Under the pieces are notes generated by a model. That model did no database searches. It saw only the letters and a list, made by a program, of their open reading frames with translations, and had not been told where the DNA came from. Made by a program: the position numbers and the translations under genes. From a virus, in IMG/VR virus record IMGVR_UViG_3300045988_182214: DNA of 64,000 bases. One strand, 5' to 3'. Positions 28,733 through 38,224 of the stretch are shown here, in pieces. How positions within the stretch are numbered: the stretch's first letter is position 1; every line of letters starts with the position of its first letter.

Positions 28733-29614
28733 ATGAAAAATATTATGATTTTTGATGGGAATTACATTCTCAGAAGATCTTTTTACGGTGTTCCAGAATT
28801 AAAAACCTCAAAGGGATTTCCGACTAATGCAATTAAAGGAGCTTTAAATACAATTCTATATATGAAAGAAAAGTATAGTCCTGATGAATTAATTGTTGCA
28901 TTTGATACTGCAAAGCCAACTTTCAGGCATTTAATGTATAATGGGTACAAGGCAACTAGAGATCCTGCACCGGAAGAATTTAAGATTCAGAGACAGGCTA
29001 TTGTCCCTATTCTTAAAACAATGAATATATGTGTTATTGAAAAAGAAGGATATGAAGCAGATGATATTATAGGGACAATTTCAACTATTGAAAGTAAAGC
29101 AGGTAATAAAGTAAATATCATATCTGCGGATCATGATTTGTTGCAATTATGTAATGATTTAGTATCATTAATTGTTCCAAACAACCCGGAAGATATTTGG
29201 ACTCCGGCAGAAATTATGAATGAATATTCCGTTACTCCTAAACAGTTTATTGATGTAAAAGCATTAATGGGAGATAAATCGGATAATATTCCTGGAGCTG
29301 CAGGTATTGGACCTAAAACTGCAAGTAAACTAATACATAAGTATGGAAATTTGTTTAACATATATATGAATATTTCAGATATTGAATCTAATATGTCTAA
29401 AGGAAAAAGTATTTCAACTTGTTTGATAAATAGTGAAGATAATATTTTGTTGTCAAAAATTTTAGCAACAATAAAAACAGATGTAGAACTTGATGCTTAT
29501 AACGCTAATGTATCAGATAATATGTTAAATGAAATTAGTGAGCAGATATTAGGTTTGTATGAACTTAACAGTATTATAAGTATACTTAAAAATGGTAACA
29601 TTGTTTGCCTATAA
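28733..29614 (+). CDS. 5'-3' exonuclease / flap endonuclease (Pol I N-terminal FEN family)
   Basis: IFDGNYILRRSF; FDTAKPTFRHLMYNGYKATR; GYEADDIIGT; LMGDKSDNIPGAAGIGPKTASKLI. Colinear with the Taq/E. coli Pol I 5' nuclease domain. Confidence 0.9.
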   Translation: MKNIMIFDGNYILRRSFYGVPELKTSKGFPTNAIKGALNTILYMKEKYSPDELIVAFDTAKPTFRHLMYNGYKATRDPAPEEFKIQRQAIVPILKTMNICVIEKEGYEADDIIGTISTIESKAGNKVNIISADHDLLQLCNDLVSLIVPNNPEDIWTPAEIMNEYSVTPKQFIDVKALMGDKSDNIPGAAGIGPKTASKLIHKYGNLFNIYMNISDIESNMSKGKSISTCLINSEDNILLSKILATIKTDVELDAYNANVSDNMLNEISEQILGLYELNSIISILKNGNIVCL

Positions 29615-29742
29615 TTATATTTAAGGAGAAAATCATGATAATTGAAATTTTAACAAATGGTTAGTGTAATATTAAATTCGAAAAGACAAATTGTAGAGTA
29701 AACGCTTCATATTTAACCGATGTCCAAAATGACTTATTAAAT

Positions 29743-30051
29743 ATGTGCATTAATTATTATAACAATAATACGGCATCCTGTTATTTTGATTCTGAAGGCT
29801 CTACAGCAACGCTAGTTTTGACACCGGATACAGCTTTCATAATTCATGAAGGGGAGCATTTAGGCTTAATTAAACTATTGGAATTACCAAAGGAAATCAT
29901 TGATTGTATAGTAAAGGAAATTGTAAAACAAATTGATTCTGTTGCAAGTTTTTTATCATGTGAATGTGATGATTTATTTCAGTATGAAAAAAGAAAATCT
30001 GAATTAATACAAAAATTATATTTTGTACATGATAAGAGTAATTCAAATTAA
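29743..30051 (+). CDS. hypothetical protein (possibly initiating at 29635 with an in-frame TAG at 29662)
   Basis: ORF-track ATG 29743 has no SD. In the same frame upstream, a perfect SD AAGGAG lies 6-7 nt before ATG 29635, followed by 9 codons, TAG, and then 26 sense codons joining this ORF. Confidence 0.4.
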   Translation: MCINYYNNNTASCYFDSEGSTATLVLTPDTAFIIHEGEHLGLIKLLELPKEIIDCIVKEIVKQIDSVASFLSCECDDLFQYEKRKSELIQKLYFVHDKSNSN

Positions 30052-30065
30052 AACAAATGCTTAAT

Positions 30066-30100
30066 AACAAGTACCCATTAATAGGTACTTGTTATTTTAT
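30066..30100 (+). terminator. rho-independent terminator
   Basis: AACAAGTACCC attaat AGGTACTTGTT followed by ATTTTATTTTT. Confidence 0.7.
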
Positions 30101-30113
30101 TTTTCTGTCATTT
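30100..30113 (+). promoter_or_regulatory. promoter-like motif TTTTCTGTCATTT
   Basis: 38 nt upstream of ATG 30151. Confidence 0.5.
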
Positions 30114-30150
30114 ATTTATTATAACAATAAATGGAAGGAGAGTAAAAAAT

Positions 30151-30732
30151 ATGATTAAAGAATTTAAGGAATTAGTAAATGCAATAAATTCGCCAGATAA
30201 TGAATATAGAGAGAATGATTTAGATATGTTAAATTACAATATGGCCGCATTTGGAGAATATGTACAGATTGTTTATCATCAAAACTATTCAACTCCAATT
30301 AAATATGCTACACTTGAGGGAGAAGAATTACGAGAAGCTATTCAGTCTATGGATAAAAATCGGAGAATTAAACATGAAGCTGCAATAGCTGCGTGTTCCC
30401 AAATCAATAGAGATTGTGAATATTATAATGTTCCTAAGTTTTGCCCTGAAACAACTGATAGACATATAATCGCAGATTTTTGCGCTCAGGTAACGGCTGC
30501 TTTTTATCTTGACGGAATCGGTAGAGATGCTAAAACTATAGATGATGTTATAAAGGCAATGACTCAAAATTGTAAAAGTGTTAATATTAGTAATATAACA
30601 AACAATATTGACACAAATGAACTATCAGATATTGATTTAGATTTAGGCGGAGAAGATGATGAAGATAAAATTATGCCAGATGTAATTCATACTGAAATTA
30701 ATAAAGATAACAGAGAGGAAGAAGTAAGATAA
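30151..30732 (+). CDS. hypothetical protein
   Basis: SD GGAAGGAG upstream. Confidence 0.5.
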   Translation: MIKEFKELVNAINSPDNEYRENDLDMLNYNMAAFGEYVQIVYHQNYSTPIKYATLEGEELREAIQSMDKNRRIKHEAAIAACSQINRDCEYYNVPKFCPETTDRHIIADFCAQVTAAFYLDGIGRDAKTIDDVIKAMTQNCKSVNISNITNNIDTNELSDIDLDLGGEDDEDKIMPDVIHTEINKDNREEEVR

Positions 30733-31037
30733 TGGTAACTTTTATTAGAACATATGAATCCGGTCCATGGATAATAGATGAATACGATAATAAAACATAT
30801 AGAATTCTATTAAGAAGAGATTTAAGAACAGGTAAAGTCATAAGATTCTTTTTTACTCCAAAGATTCCATATTATGATATTGAAATTAAAACCATAAAAG
30901 ATGATTTTTATATTAGTATTACTGGTAATGTTTCATATGATATTAATGATATTGATAAATTAAAAGGCAGAATAGATTATGCTAAAAATTTGATAACTTA
31001 TATAAAAGAAAATATATGTAACAAGTATTCTTTTTAA
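30732..31037 (+). CDS. hypothetical protein
   Basis: Start overlaps the upstream stop. Confidence 0.45.
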   Translation: MVTFIRTYESGPWIIDEYDNKTYRILLRRDLRTGKVIRFFFTPKIPYYDIEIKTIKDDFYISITGNVSYDINDIDKLKGRIDYAKNLITYIKENICNKYSF

Positions 31038-31047
31038 TATTCATGCA

Positions 31048-31073
31048 AGCGTCCAAAATTGGACGCTTTTTTT
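31048..31073 (+). terminator. rho-independent terminator
   Basis: AGCGTCC aaaatt GGACGCT followed by T7. Confidence 0.75.
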
Positions 31074-31074
31074 A

Positions 31075-31088
31075 ATTTTCTGTCATAA
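31075..31088 (+). promoter_or_regulatory. promoter-like motif TTTTCTGTCATAA
   Basis: 36 nt upstream of ATG 31124; drives the dnaE C-terminal cistron. Confidence 0.5.
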
Positions 31089-31123
31089 ATTATATAGTTA
31101 TGAATTGAAAGGAGAAATTTAAA

Positions 31124-32809
31124 ATGAATAAAACAGGTATTGAAGATTTAATAGCAATGAATGCTTTATATCGTCCTGGTCCTGAAAAGTTTATACCTGA
31201 TTTCATAGAAGGTAAAAAGGATGCATCTAAGATTAAATATTTATGTCCTCAATTAGAGCCAATTTTGTCAACTACTTATGGACAGATAGTTTATCAGGAA
31301 CAGGTAATGCAGATTGTTCGTGATTTAGCAGGATATACATGGGGGCGTTCTGATTTAGTCCGTAGAGCTATGTCAAAAAAACATCAGGATGAAATTGATG
31401 CTGAAAGACACACTTTTGTATATGGCAATGCTGATACTAAAAAAGAAAATGAAGCATTAGTACCAGGTTGTATTTCAAATGGAATACCAGAAGAAATTGC
31501 TCATAAAATCTGGGATGCGATGGTTGATTTTGCTAAGTATGCTTTTAATAAGTCACATGCCTCTGCTTATGCTGTTACATCATATTGGACTGCTTTTCTT
31601 AAGTATTATTATCCGGCTTATTATCTTACAAATGTAATAAATCATACTGATAAGATTGATGAAGTCGCTGATGATATTAGTGATGCTCTTGATTTTGGAG
31701 TAAAGGTATTGCCTCCGGACATTAATGCTTCAAATTTACATTGTGATGTTGTAGATGGAAATATTTTGTATGGTCTGAGTAATATTAAGAATGTTGGAGC
31801 AGAAGCAGCTAAAATTATTGAAGATAGAAATGTTAATGGAGAATATTCTGATATTAAGGATTTTATCAAACGAACAAATATTAATGCAGAAGCATTAAGT
31901 TCCTTAATTAAAGCAGGTGCTTTTGATTGCCTTGGTTATACAAGAACAATGATATCATTAGATATGATTTGTATGAAAGAAATTCAGGATACAATCAAGA
32001 AAATCAGAGAGAAGAGTAAGTTTATTGAAAACGCAAGTAAAGTTATTGAATTTGTGGAAGATTATATTGATCTTGATGAGTTTAAGGAAAAAATTTCAGA
32101 AGAAAATATTTCCTTTCAAGTTACTTCAAAAAAGATGCCAACTAAGGATTCCATAATTAAACGTATCAATTCAGCTAAGACAGTTATAGAAAGCTTAGAA
32201 GATGATCTTGAAAATATAGATATTGATTATGTAGAAGATGATTTAGGTCAGATTCTAAATGATGAAAAAGAAGTGTTAGGTGTTTATATTACAGGGCATC
32301 CAATTGATGAGTATAATATTTATACAGATCCCATTTCTGATATTTCAACAGAAGTTAATGATGTATCTGGTATAATTAAAAATCTTGTTATAAGAAAGGA
32401 CAGAAATGGATACGAATGGGTAACTTTTGAGGTAGAAGATAAAACAGGTTCTATTAATGGTGTATGTTTTTCTAAGGATTATGCAAATATTAGAGACTTA
32501 CTTGTTAATGATGCTAAATTATGTTTATCAGGGAAAATTCAAGTAGATGATTTTAGATCTTCAGATGACGAAACTGTATATCAGATTATTGTTAAATCTG
32601 TTAAACCTTTAAAGAAAAATAAGTCTTCATATAGATTTATTTGTACTGTTTCCGAAGTAAACGATGTTCTTGATTCTATTAATGAATATCTGGTGGACGT
32701 TGATGGAGATTATTTATATTGGCTTGATTCAACAACTGGAATTGAACATTTATGTAAGAAATTCATTAACCCTGATATGTCAGCCCCTTCAATAGTACGC
32801 AAATGCTAA
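31124..32809 (+). CDS. dnaE: DNA polymerase III alpha subunit, C-terminal cistron (fingers/thumb/HhH/OB)
   Basis: MNKTGIEDLIAMNALYRPGP...YGQIVYQEQVMQIVRDLAGYTWGRSDLVRRAMSKK...FNKSHASAYAVTSYWTAFLKYYYPAYY is colinear with E. coli DnaE from ...[15 protein letters not shown] onward; its own SD AAAGGAG and ATG. Confidence 0.9.
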   Translation: MNKTGIEDLIAMNALYRPGPEKFIPDFIEGKKDASKIKYLCPQLEPILSTTYGQIVYQEQVMQIVRDLAGYTWGRSDLVRRAMSKKHQDEIDAERHTFVYGNADTKKENEALVPGCISNGIPEEIAHKIWDAMVDFAKYAFNKSHASAYAVTSYWTAFLKYYYPAYYLTNVINHTDKIDEVADDISDALDFGVKVLPPDINASNLHCDVVDGNILYGLSNIKNVGAEAAKIIEDRNVNGEYSDIKDFIKRTNINAEALSSLIKAGAFDCLGYTRTMISLDMICMKEIQDTIKKIREKSKFIENASKVIEFVEDYIDLDEFKEKISEENISFQVTSKKMPTKDSIIKRINSAKTVIESLEDDLENIDIDYVEDDLGQILNDEKEVLGVYITGHPIDEYNIYTDPISDISTEVNDVSGIIKNLVIRKDRNGYEWVTFEVEDKTGSINGVCFSKDYANIRDLLVNDAKLCLSGKIQVDDFRSSDDETVYQIIVKSVKPLKKNKSSYRFICTVSEVNDVLDSINEYLVDVDGDYLYWLDSTTGIEHLCKKFINPDMSAPSIVRKC

Positions 32810-32830
32810 TTTAATATTTATTTTATGTTT

Positions 32831-32860
32831 TACCGCTGTTTATTGCAGCGGTATTTTTTT
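32831..32860 (+). terminator. rho-independent terminator
   Basis: TACCGCTG tttatt GCAGCGGTA followed by T7. Confidence 0.75.
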
Positions 32861-32883
32861 ATGTAAAGATTTTTAAAATTGTA

Positions 32884-32893
32884 TCTGTCATAT
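32884..32893 (+). promoter_or_regulatory. promoter-like motif TCTGTCATAT
   Basis: 29 nt upstream of ATG 32922; heads the CPBP / small ORF / sigma operon. Confidence 0.5.
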
Positions 32894-32921
32894 ATATATT
32901 AGAAAGGTTGGAGGAAAATAT

Positions 32922-33833
32922 ATGATACTTAGTAACAACAACAGTAATATTAAGGAATTAAGAAATAAAAAAAATAAGCATGATTTAAATTCTTATATGG
33001 ATTTTATGGCAAAAAACAAAATGAAAAGTAATTCTTTCTTTTCAAAATCAAAACAGTATATAAAGATTTTTATTCCATTTATTATTTCTGTTTTTATAAT
33101 TTTATTTTCTATGTTTATTGCAACATTTATAGACAGTCTATTAAATATGTATATGAATGATGCAGGAGGAATTTCAACTAAAATAGATTATGAAGGATTT
33201 CGATTAATTTACACAATATCAACATATACATTAATGTTTGTTATGTGCATTATTTGTATAAAAAGCTCATTTTACAATTATAAAAAAGATTTGTTTATGA
33301 AAAATAAATTAGTAGTAAATTGGAATTTTGTATTTTGTTTCATATTAACTTCTGTAATATTGCAGCTTATTTCAGGAATTCAAATGCATTTTGTAAATGT
33401 ATCAAATATTGATTATGGAAGTTTAGGAATAAAAACAATTATATCTACAATAATAGCAACTTTTGTGGCACCTATTATTGAGGAATTGACTTTTAGATAT
33501 ATAATTTATGGCTATGCATATAAAGCAAGCAACAATAAATTATGTGCAAATATAATCCAAGCAGTTTTATTTGGAATAATTCATTTTAATTTTATTTTAT
33601 TCCCTATATATGCTTTTGGCGGATATTTGTTAGGTGCTGTAAGAGATAAATATGGTATTAAACTTAGCAGCTTATATCATATTCTAATAAACTGTGTGGC
33701 ATTAATACCATTTACGTTTTTTATAACAAATATATATTTACAGGTATGCATTTTAATAGTCTGCATAATGAGTTTAATTTATTTTGTAATTAAGTGTTTT
33801 GAAAATATCAATATAGAAATTAAGGAGCAATAA
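32922..33833 (+). CDS. CPBP-family (CAAX protease / Abi) intramembrane metalloprotease, second copy
   Basis: Multi-TM; IIEELTFRYIIYG, FGIIHFNF, HILINC. Confidence 0.65.
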   Translation: MILSNNNSNIKELRNKKNKHDLNSYMDFMAKNKMKSNSFFSKSKQYIKIFIPFIISVFIILFSMFIATFIDSLLNMYMNDAGGISTKIDYEGFRLIYTISTYTLMFVMCIICIKSSFYNYKKDLFMKNKLVVNWNFVFCFILTSVILQLISGIQMHFVNVSNIDYGSLGIKTIISTIIATFVAPIIEELTFRYIIYGYAYKASNNKLCANIIQAVLFGIIHFNFILFPIYAFGGYLLGAVRDKYGIKLSSLYHILINCVALIPFTFFITNIYLQVCILIVCIMSLIYFVIKCFENINIEIKEQ

Positions 33834-33836
33834 TTT

Positions 33837-34232
33837 ATGGAAACAAATATGAATAATGAATTAAAAAATAAGTCTATAAGTGATATCCTTGAAGCTTCTT
33901 CAACGGATTTATATGAATGGTATTTAATTAATTTTAAGAAAGAAATTCCGAGATCAGATGAAATAGATTTATTGGAAATAGGAAATTTATTGAGTGAAGT
34001 AGGAAATTATTTTACCTATTTTTCCTCAATGCATTCTATTTTAGATTCAATGGTAAAAGAAATGAAATTACACAAAGAGTCTTCAGATAAATGTAAAGAG
34101 CTTATGATTAAACGAGATATATTAGGAACCTTTGAAGAGCAATCTAAATTTACATATAATGCAATTAGTAGAATATGTACAATGAAAATAGAAGCAAATA
34201 ATGAATTAAAAATGCTAGGACATCAATGTTAA
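33837..34232 (+). CDS. hypothetical protein directly upstream of the sigma factor
   Basis: SD AAGGAG upstream; 131 aa. Confidence 0.5.
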   Translation: METNMNNELKNKSISDILEASSTDLYEWYLINFKKEIPRSDEIDLLEIGNLLSEVGNYFTYFSSMHSILDSMVKEMKLHKESSDKCKELMIKRDILGTFEEQSKFTYNAISRICTMKIEANNELKMLGHQC

Positions 34233-34244
34233 GAGGAGATTTTT

Positions 34245-35273
34245 ATGGCAGATAAGAATTTATTATTAAATAAAAAAAACAATAAAGATGAATATGTTGA
34301 TGAATTATTTGATACAAATAAACCAATAGAAAACATAAATATTTTATCAGAGGATAATTATACCGATATTTTAAATGATAAAGAGATTTTAAATGAAAAA
34401 GAGAAACTATTATTAGAAAATAATATAACTTATTATATTAAATCATTCGCTGATTATCCGGTTTTATCCAAAGATGAAACTCTTAAATTATTTGAAGAGA
34501 TAAAAAAACATCCTAAAAAGAAAAAAGAAATAACCGAAAAATTGATTTTATCTAATATGCGTTTAGTCATCAGTATTGCTAAAGCCGTTACAGCTAAAAC
34601 GCAAAGTTTTGAAATGGATGATTTATGTCAGGCCGGTATTTTCGGATTATACAGAGCTATACAAATGTTTGATTATAAATTAGGATATGCATTTTCAACT
34701 TATGCAACTCATTGGATTAGACAGAGTATATATAGAGAATTAGCCAATTATGATTTATTAGTTAGATTCCCTGTACATGTAAGAGAACAGGATTCTTTTG
34801 TTAAGACTACATTTGTGGATTTAACTAATAAACTTCAAAGAAAACCTACAATTGATGAATTATATGATGTAGTAAAACAAAGATATCCTCTTTTAACTAA
34901 AGAAATGCTTGTACATATTCAGAGCTTTAATGAATTGGTTTCATTAGATGCACCTATTCAAAGTGATGAAGGCCATGACGATTCGTGTTTGGCTGATTAT
35001 ATAGAAGCTCCTGAACCTAAAGTTGAAGATACGATTATTCAAAAAGAAATGAATGAACTGCTTTGGAAAGAAGTTGAAGATTGTCTCACTCCTAGAGAAT
35101 TATATGTAATTAAGAGTAGAATGGGATATGGTTCAAAGGTTAAAACTTTAAAAGATATAGGTACTGAATGGAATGTTTCCAGAGAACGAATCAGACAAAT
35201 TGAATCAAAAGCAATAAAAAAGATTAGAGTTCGTTTCAGACGGAAAGGATATAGTATACAATCTTTTATGTAA
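34245..35273 (+). CDS. sigma-70 family RNA polymerase sigma factor (phage-encoded)
   Basis: Regions 2.1-2.4 ILSNMRLVISIAKA...GIFGLYRAIQMFDYKLGYAFSTYATHWIRQSIYR; region 4 HTH TLKDIGTEWNVSRERIRQIESKAIKKIR. Confidence 0.9.
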   Translation: MADKNLLLNKKNNKDEYVDELFDTNKPIENINILSEDNYTDILNDKEILNEKEKLLLENNITYYIKSFADYPVLSKDETLKLFEEIKKHPKKKKEITEKLILSNMRLVISIAKAVTAKTQSFEMDDLCQAGIFGLYRAIQMFDYKLGYAFSTYATHWIRQSIYRELANYDLLVRFPVHVREQDSFVKTTFVDLTNKLQRKPTIDELYDVVKQRYPLLTKEMLVHIQSFNELVSLDAPIQSDEGHDDSCLADYIEAPEPKVEDTIIQKEMNELLWKEVEDCLTPRELYVIKSRMGYGSKVKTLKDIGTEWNVSRERIRQIESKAIKKIRVRFRRKGYSIQSFM

Positions 35274-35621
35274 TATATAAATAAAATGCAGTTATCAATA
35301 GGTAGCTGTATTTTTTTATGATTACACTTCCTTTAAGTGTAATATGTCATACACCTTCTTCAAAGCCCTTCTATTATTTTCTTTTTCATTGATACGCTTT
35401 TTATTATTAAAATATAAAAATTAGAGCCTTATATAATACATTTGATTATTCCTTAATAGCGTTTTAAGACTTAATATAATAACCGCCAGAATATTATTAA
35501 GGATTAAAAGCGTATAACTATTATTGTTATATCCTTATACAATATCATTTATCAGCTTAATACATTTTGTGTTTATTTCCCTGGCAATTCCTTACCTGTC
35601 TCTAGCAAGCACTTCATTTAT

Positions 35622-35957
35622 CCCAATTAATGCCTTTAATATACCAATAAATCATATAATTTTCTTATATATAATATATGATAATTACAAAAATTATGAT
35701 TACTAGATTCCTGTAAATCTATTCTTCGCCCTGCAAATGCCTTAGTAAGCCCAATAATCCCATTTCTGTCTCAATAGATGCATTCATATACACTAATTCT
35801 TTCTTATTTGCTCTTAGATCTATTTCCTTTACTCTATCATTTCTATATATGTTCCCAGTAATTCCATTAATTAACTTTAGTAAATAATAATTATATCCCA
35901 TTAATCAGTTATATTTATTTTTCTCACTAATTATACAGTTTATTGTACCCAATTAAT
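35622..35957 (+). repeat. CCCAATTAAT-like boxes (35622, 35750, 35897, 35948; a fifth at 36384)
   Basis: ATCCCAATTAATGCC, GCCCAATAATCCC, ATCCCATTAATCAG, TACCCAATTAATCCA. Confidence 0.45.
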
Positions 35958-36103
35958 CCATATATAATTGCTAATATTACCAATTACATGTTATCAAATT
36001 AACATTTTTTATCTCTTAAATCAGCATATAATAACTACATCATGGTATTATTCTGACACATATAAGGCATTTTATTGGCTATGCAACGGATAATACATTA
36101 CTA

Positions 36104-36354
36104 CATATTGTTATCATTATTACATTTATGTATTAAATATTTAGCTATATATTGTTAATTTTATTGCACAAATTTTTCTATTCTATAACATAATGTTGTT
36201 AGTTTTAATGTATATTAAATCATATTTTATATCTATATATTGTTATTATTTTTGTATCTTAGCTATATTTTAATAAATCTTAAATAACTATATATTGTTA
36301 ATAAAGTTAACATATTAAACTAATATACAACAATAAACGTACAATATATTGTTA
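36104..36354 (+). repeat. five direct iterons (C/T)ATATATTGTTA(A/T)T at 36104, 36146, 36234, 36289 and 36343
   Basis: Spacings of 42, 88, 55 and 54 nt. Confidence 0.6.
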
Positions 36355-36503
36355 TTATTTTTCCCAAGTAAAGGCATAGTATACCCAATAAAGTGCTTAG
36401 AAGAACACAAAAACGGGATATTTTAATAAATAAAAGGCATTTACATTTAGTTACTGACTTATTTTGATACACATCAATTATTTTATGTAAAATAATAATT
36501 CAT

Positions 36504-36517
36504 TTTTTCTGTCATAT
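36504..36517 (+). promoter_or_regulatory. promoter-like motif TTTTTCTGTCATAT
   Basis: 36 nt upstream of ATG 36553. Confidence 0.55.
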
Positions 36518-36552
36518 TAAAAATATAACTAAATAAAAGGAGAACTAATTAT

Positions 36553-37488
36553 ATGCAAAAAATGAATTACGAAGATTTTCTTAAACATCTTAAATTCGAA
36601 TTACTTCAAAATATTGAAGATATTACACCAACAGATATAGTTTACACATCAGATAAGCTTATTTTTCATTCTAAAAATCAGTTTATGCGTCCCTTAGAAT
36701 TTAAATTAAATCAATTATATAAACAATATTTAAATAATTCGTCAATAGAAGAAATTGCATTGTCAATATCTGAAGCATTTTATAGAAACAAAAATTCTAA
36801 TGGTAGTGAATATAAACTTAATAATTTAGCTCCAGAAATTAATTCAAATGATATAAAACACTATATTATGCCTCAATTAATACAAAAGCCGGACAATATG
36901 GAAGATTTAAGCGGCATTCCTCATAAGCCATTTTATGAGTTCGAAATAATTTATAATGTGATCATACCTAAAGAAAATTCAGAAGGTACAATGTTTGTAA
37001 TTGATAATAACTATATGAGGGACATACTGAAAATTAATGAAAACGAATTGTACAATCTTGCAATTCATTCAATATATTCCAACAAATATTTTATCAGTGT
37101 ATTAGGTGATTATTTTTTGACGCAACTGGCAGATGATGATAATTATGAAAAGACAAAGAAAGAATTATCTTTTCTAAGTAATTCTGGTGGGTTTGAGAGC
37201 AAATGTATTAAAGGAATATATGCAATTCAAAATGTAATCGACTTTTATAATACAAGTGCTATTCTGAACAATAATTTGCTTAAGAATATTTCAGAGAAAC
37301 TGAAAACAAATTTATACATTATTCCTGTTACAGCACATATTCTGTTGATATGTAAATACAGTGAATTTACTCCTGAAGAAATTCAAATGGCATTAAAGAT
37401 ATTTGGTATTCAGGAAGAAGAAGATTATCTGAGTTCAGATATATTTATATTTAACAAAGAATCAGGTGAATTAAATAAAATAGAATAA
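36553..37488 (+). CDS. hypothetical protein
   Basis: SD AAGGAG upstream. Confidence 0.55.
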   Translation: MQKMNYEDFLKHLKFELLQNIEDITPTDIVYTSDKLIFHSKNQFMRPLEFKLNQLYKQYLNNSSIEEIALSISEAFYRNKNSNGSEYKLNNLAPEINSNDIKHYIMPQLIQKPDNMEDLSGIPHKPFYEFEIIYNVIIPKENSEGTMFVIDNNYMRDILKINENELYNLAIHSIYSNKYFISVLGDYFLTQLADDDNYEKTKKELSFLSNSGGFESKCIKGIYAIQNVIDFYNTSAILNNNLLKNISEKLKTNLYIIPVTAHILLICKYSEFTPEEIQMALKIFGIQEEEDYLSSDIFIFNKESGELNKIE

Positions 37489-37527
37489 ATAATACAATAT
37501 AATTTAAAACAGAAAGGAAAGAGAAAA

Positions 37528-38070
37528 ATGATTATAACTATATTAATAAATGTAGTCTTTGTTGTTTCATTGATTATGTTTAGTTTTTATTTTGTGACTG
37601 CAATCAAATACGATATAACTCTTATTGATAAGGCATATATGAGCTTACTTATAGGAGTATTCCCGGGAATTGTTAATGTAAGTTTTAAAAATTCTATAGC
37701 TACTGTGATAGTTTTATTAATTAGTGTAACGGCTCTTATATGGATAGCTTTTACAAAATTTTTTGAGAAAGAACATAAAAAAGAAATTCTTTATGATTGT
37801 TTGCTTTATGATATATCACAGGATGATTTAAAGAAATTCAGACATATGAGCCGTAATAAACAGATTGCTTTTCTAAAGTCTGTTATTACAACTGTAGAAT
37901 CAGCAGAAAAAGAAGAGTCCACTGATGAGAACGGTAATAAGGTTATTACAACCAAGACAGTAATACAGCAAGTACCTTTAATTGAAAATGACGAAGAATT
38001 AGCAGAGTATGAACCAATTCTTAGAAAAAATAAAGTATGGAGCATTTATTATGACGCTTACAGGAAATGA
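37528..38070 (+). CDS. membrane protein
   Basis: SD GGAAAGAG upstream; two or three TM helices; C-terminal QIAFLKS...YEPILRK shared with 38632..38922. Confidence 0.5.
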   Translation: MIITILINVVFVVSLIMFSFYFVTAIKYDITLIDKAYMSLLIGVFPGIVNVSFKNSIATVIVLLISVTALIWIAFTKFFEKEHKKEILYDCLLYDISQDDLKKFRHMSRNKQIAFLKSVITTVESAEKEESTDENGNKVITTKTVIQQVPLIENDEELAEYEPILRKNKVWSIYYDAYRK

Positions 38071-38224
38071 TGCTGTTGATTTTTTTTGAATCAATGCAGC
38101 ACCCAGACGAAAGGCAGCAGGAAATATTATCTAAGATTAAAAGCAATATAACCTTAAGGAATATTCCTAATGGGTATGAAGCTGATATAAAGAATTTGGA
38201 CATGTCTTTTTTAGGAGAAAAATA

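Larger units (their letters stand above)
35274..36552. other. 1.28-kb ORF-poor AT-rich region with two iteron families (candidate origin or packaging/regulatory region)
   Basis: Contains five TATATTGTTA iterons and four or five CCCAATTAAT-like boxes; only spurious ORFs of 60 aa or less. Confidence 0.45.

Noticed and set aside
25440-31140. Intein interpretation of the dnaE split
   Set aside because: The upstream piece ends only CS* after the conserved KKL, and the downstream piece starts MNKT before GIEDLIA. There are no intein-sized extensions, no Hint-domain blocks and no terminal HN or C/S/T junction residues. Separate promoter, SD and ATG are present for the downstream cistron.
35524-35901. 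ORFs 35524..35706 (+) and 35719..35901 (-) in the iteron region
   Set aside because: No SD; they lie within a repeat-rich AT-rich non-coding region and are most likely chance ORFs.
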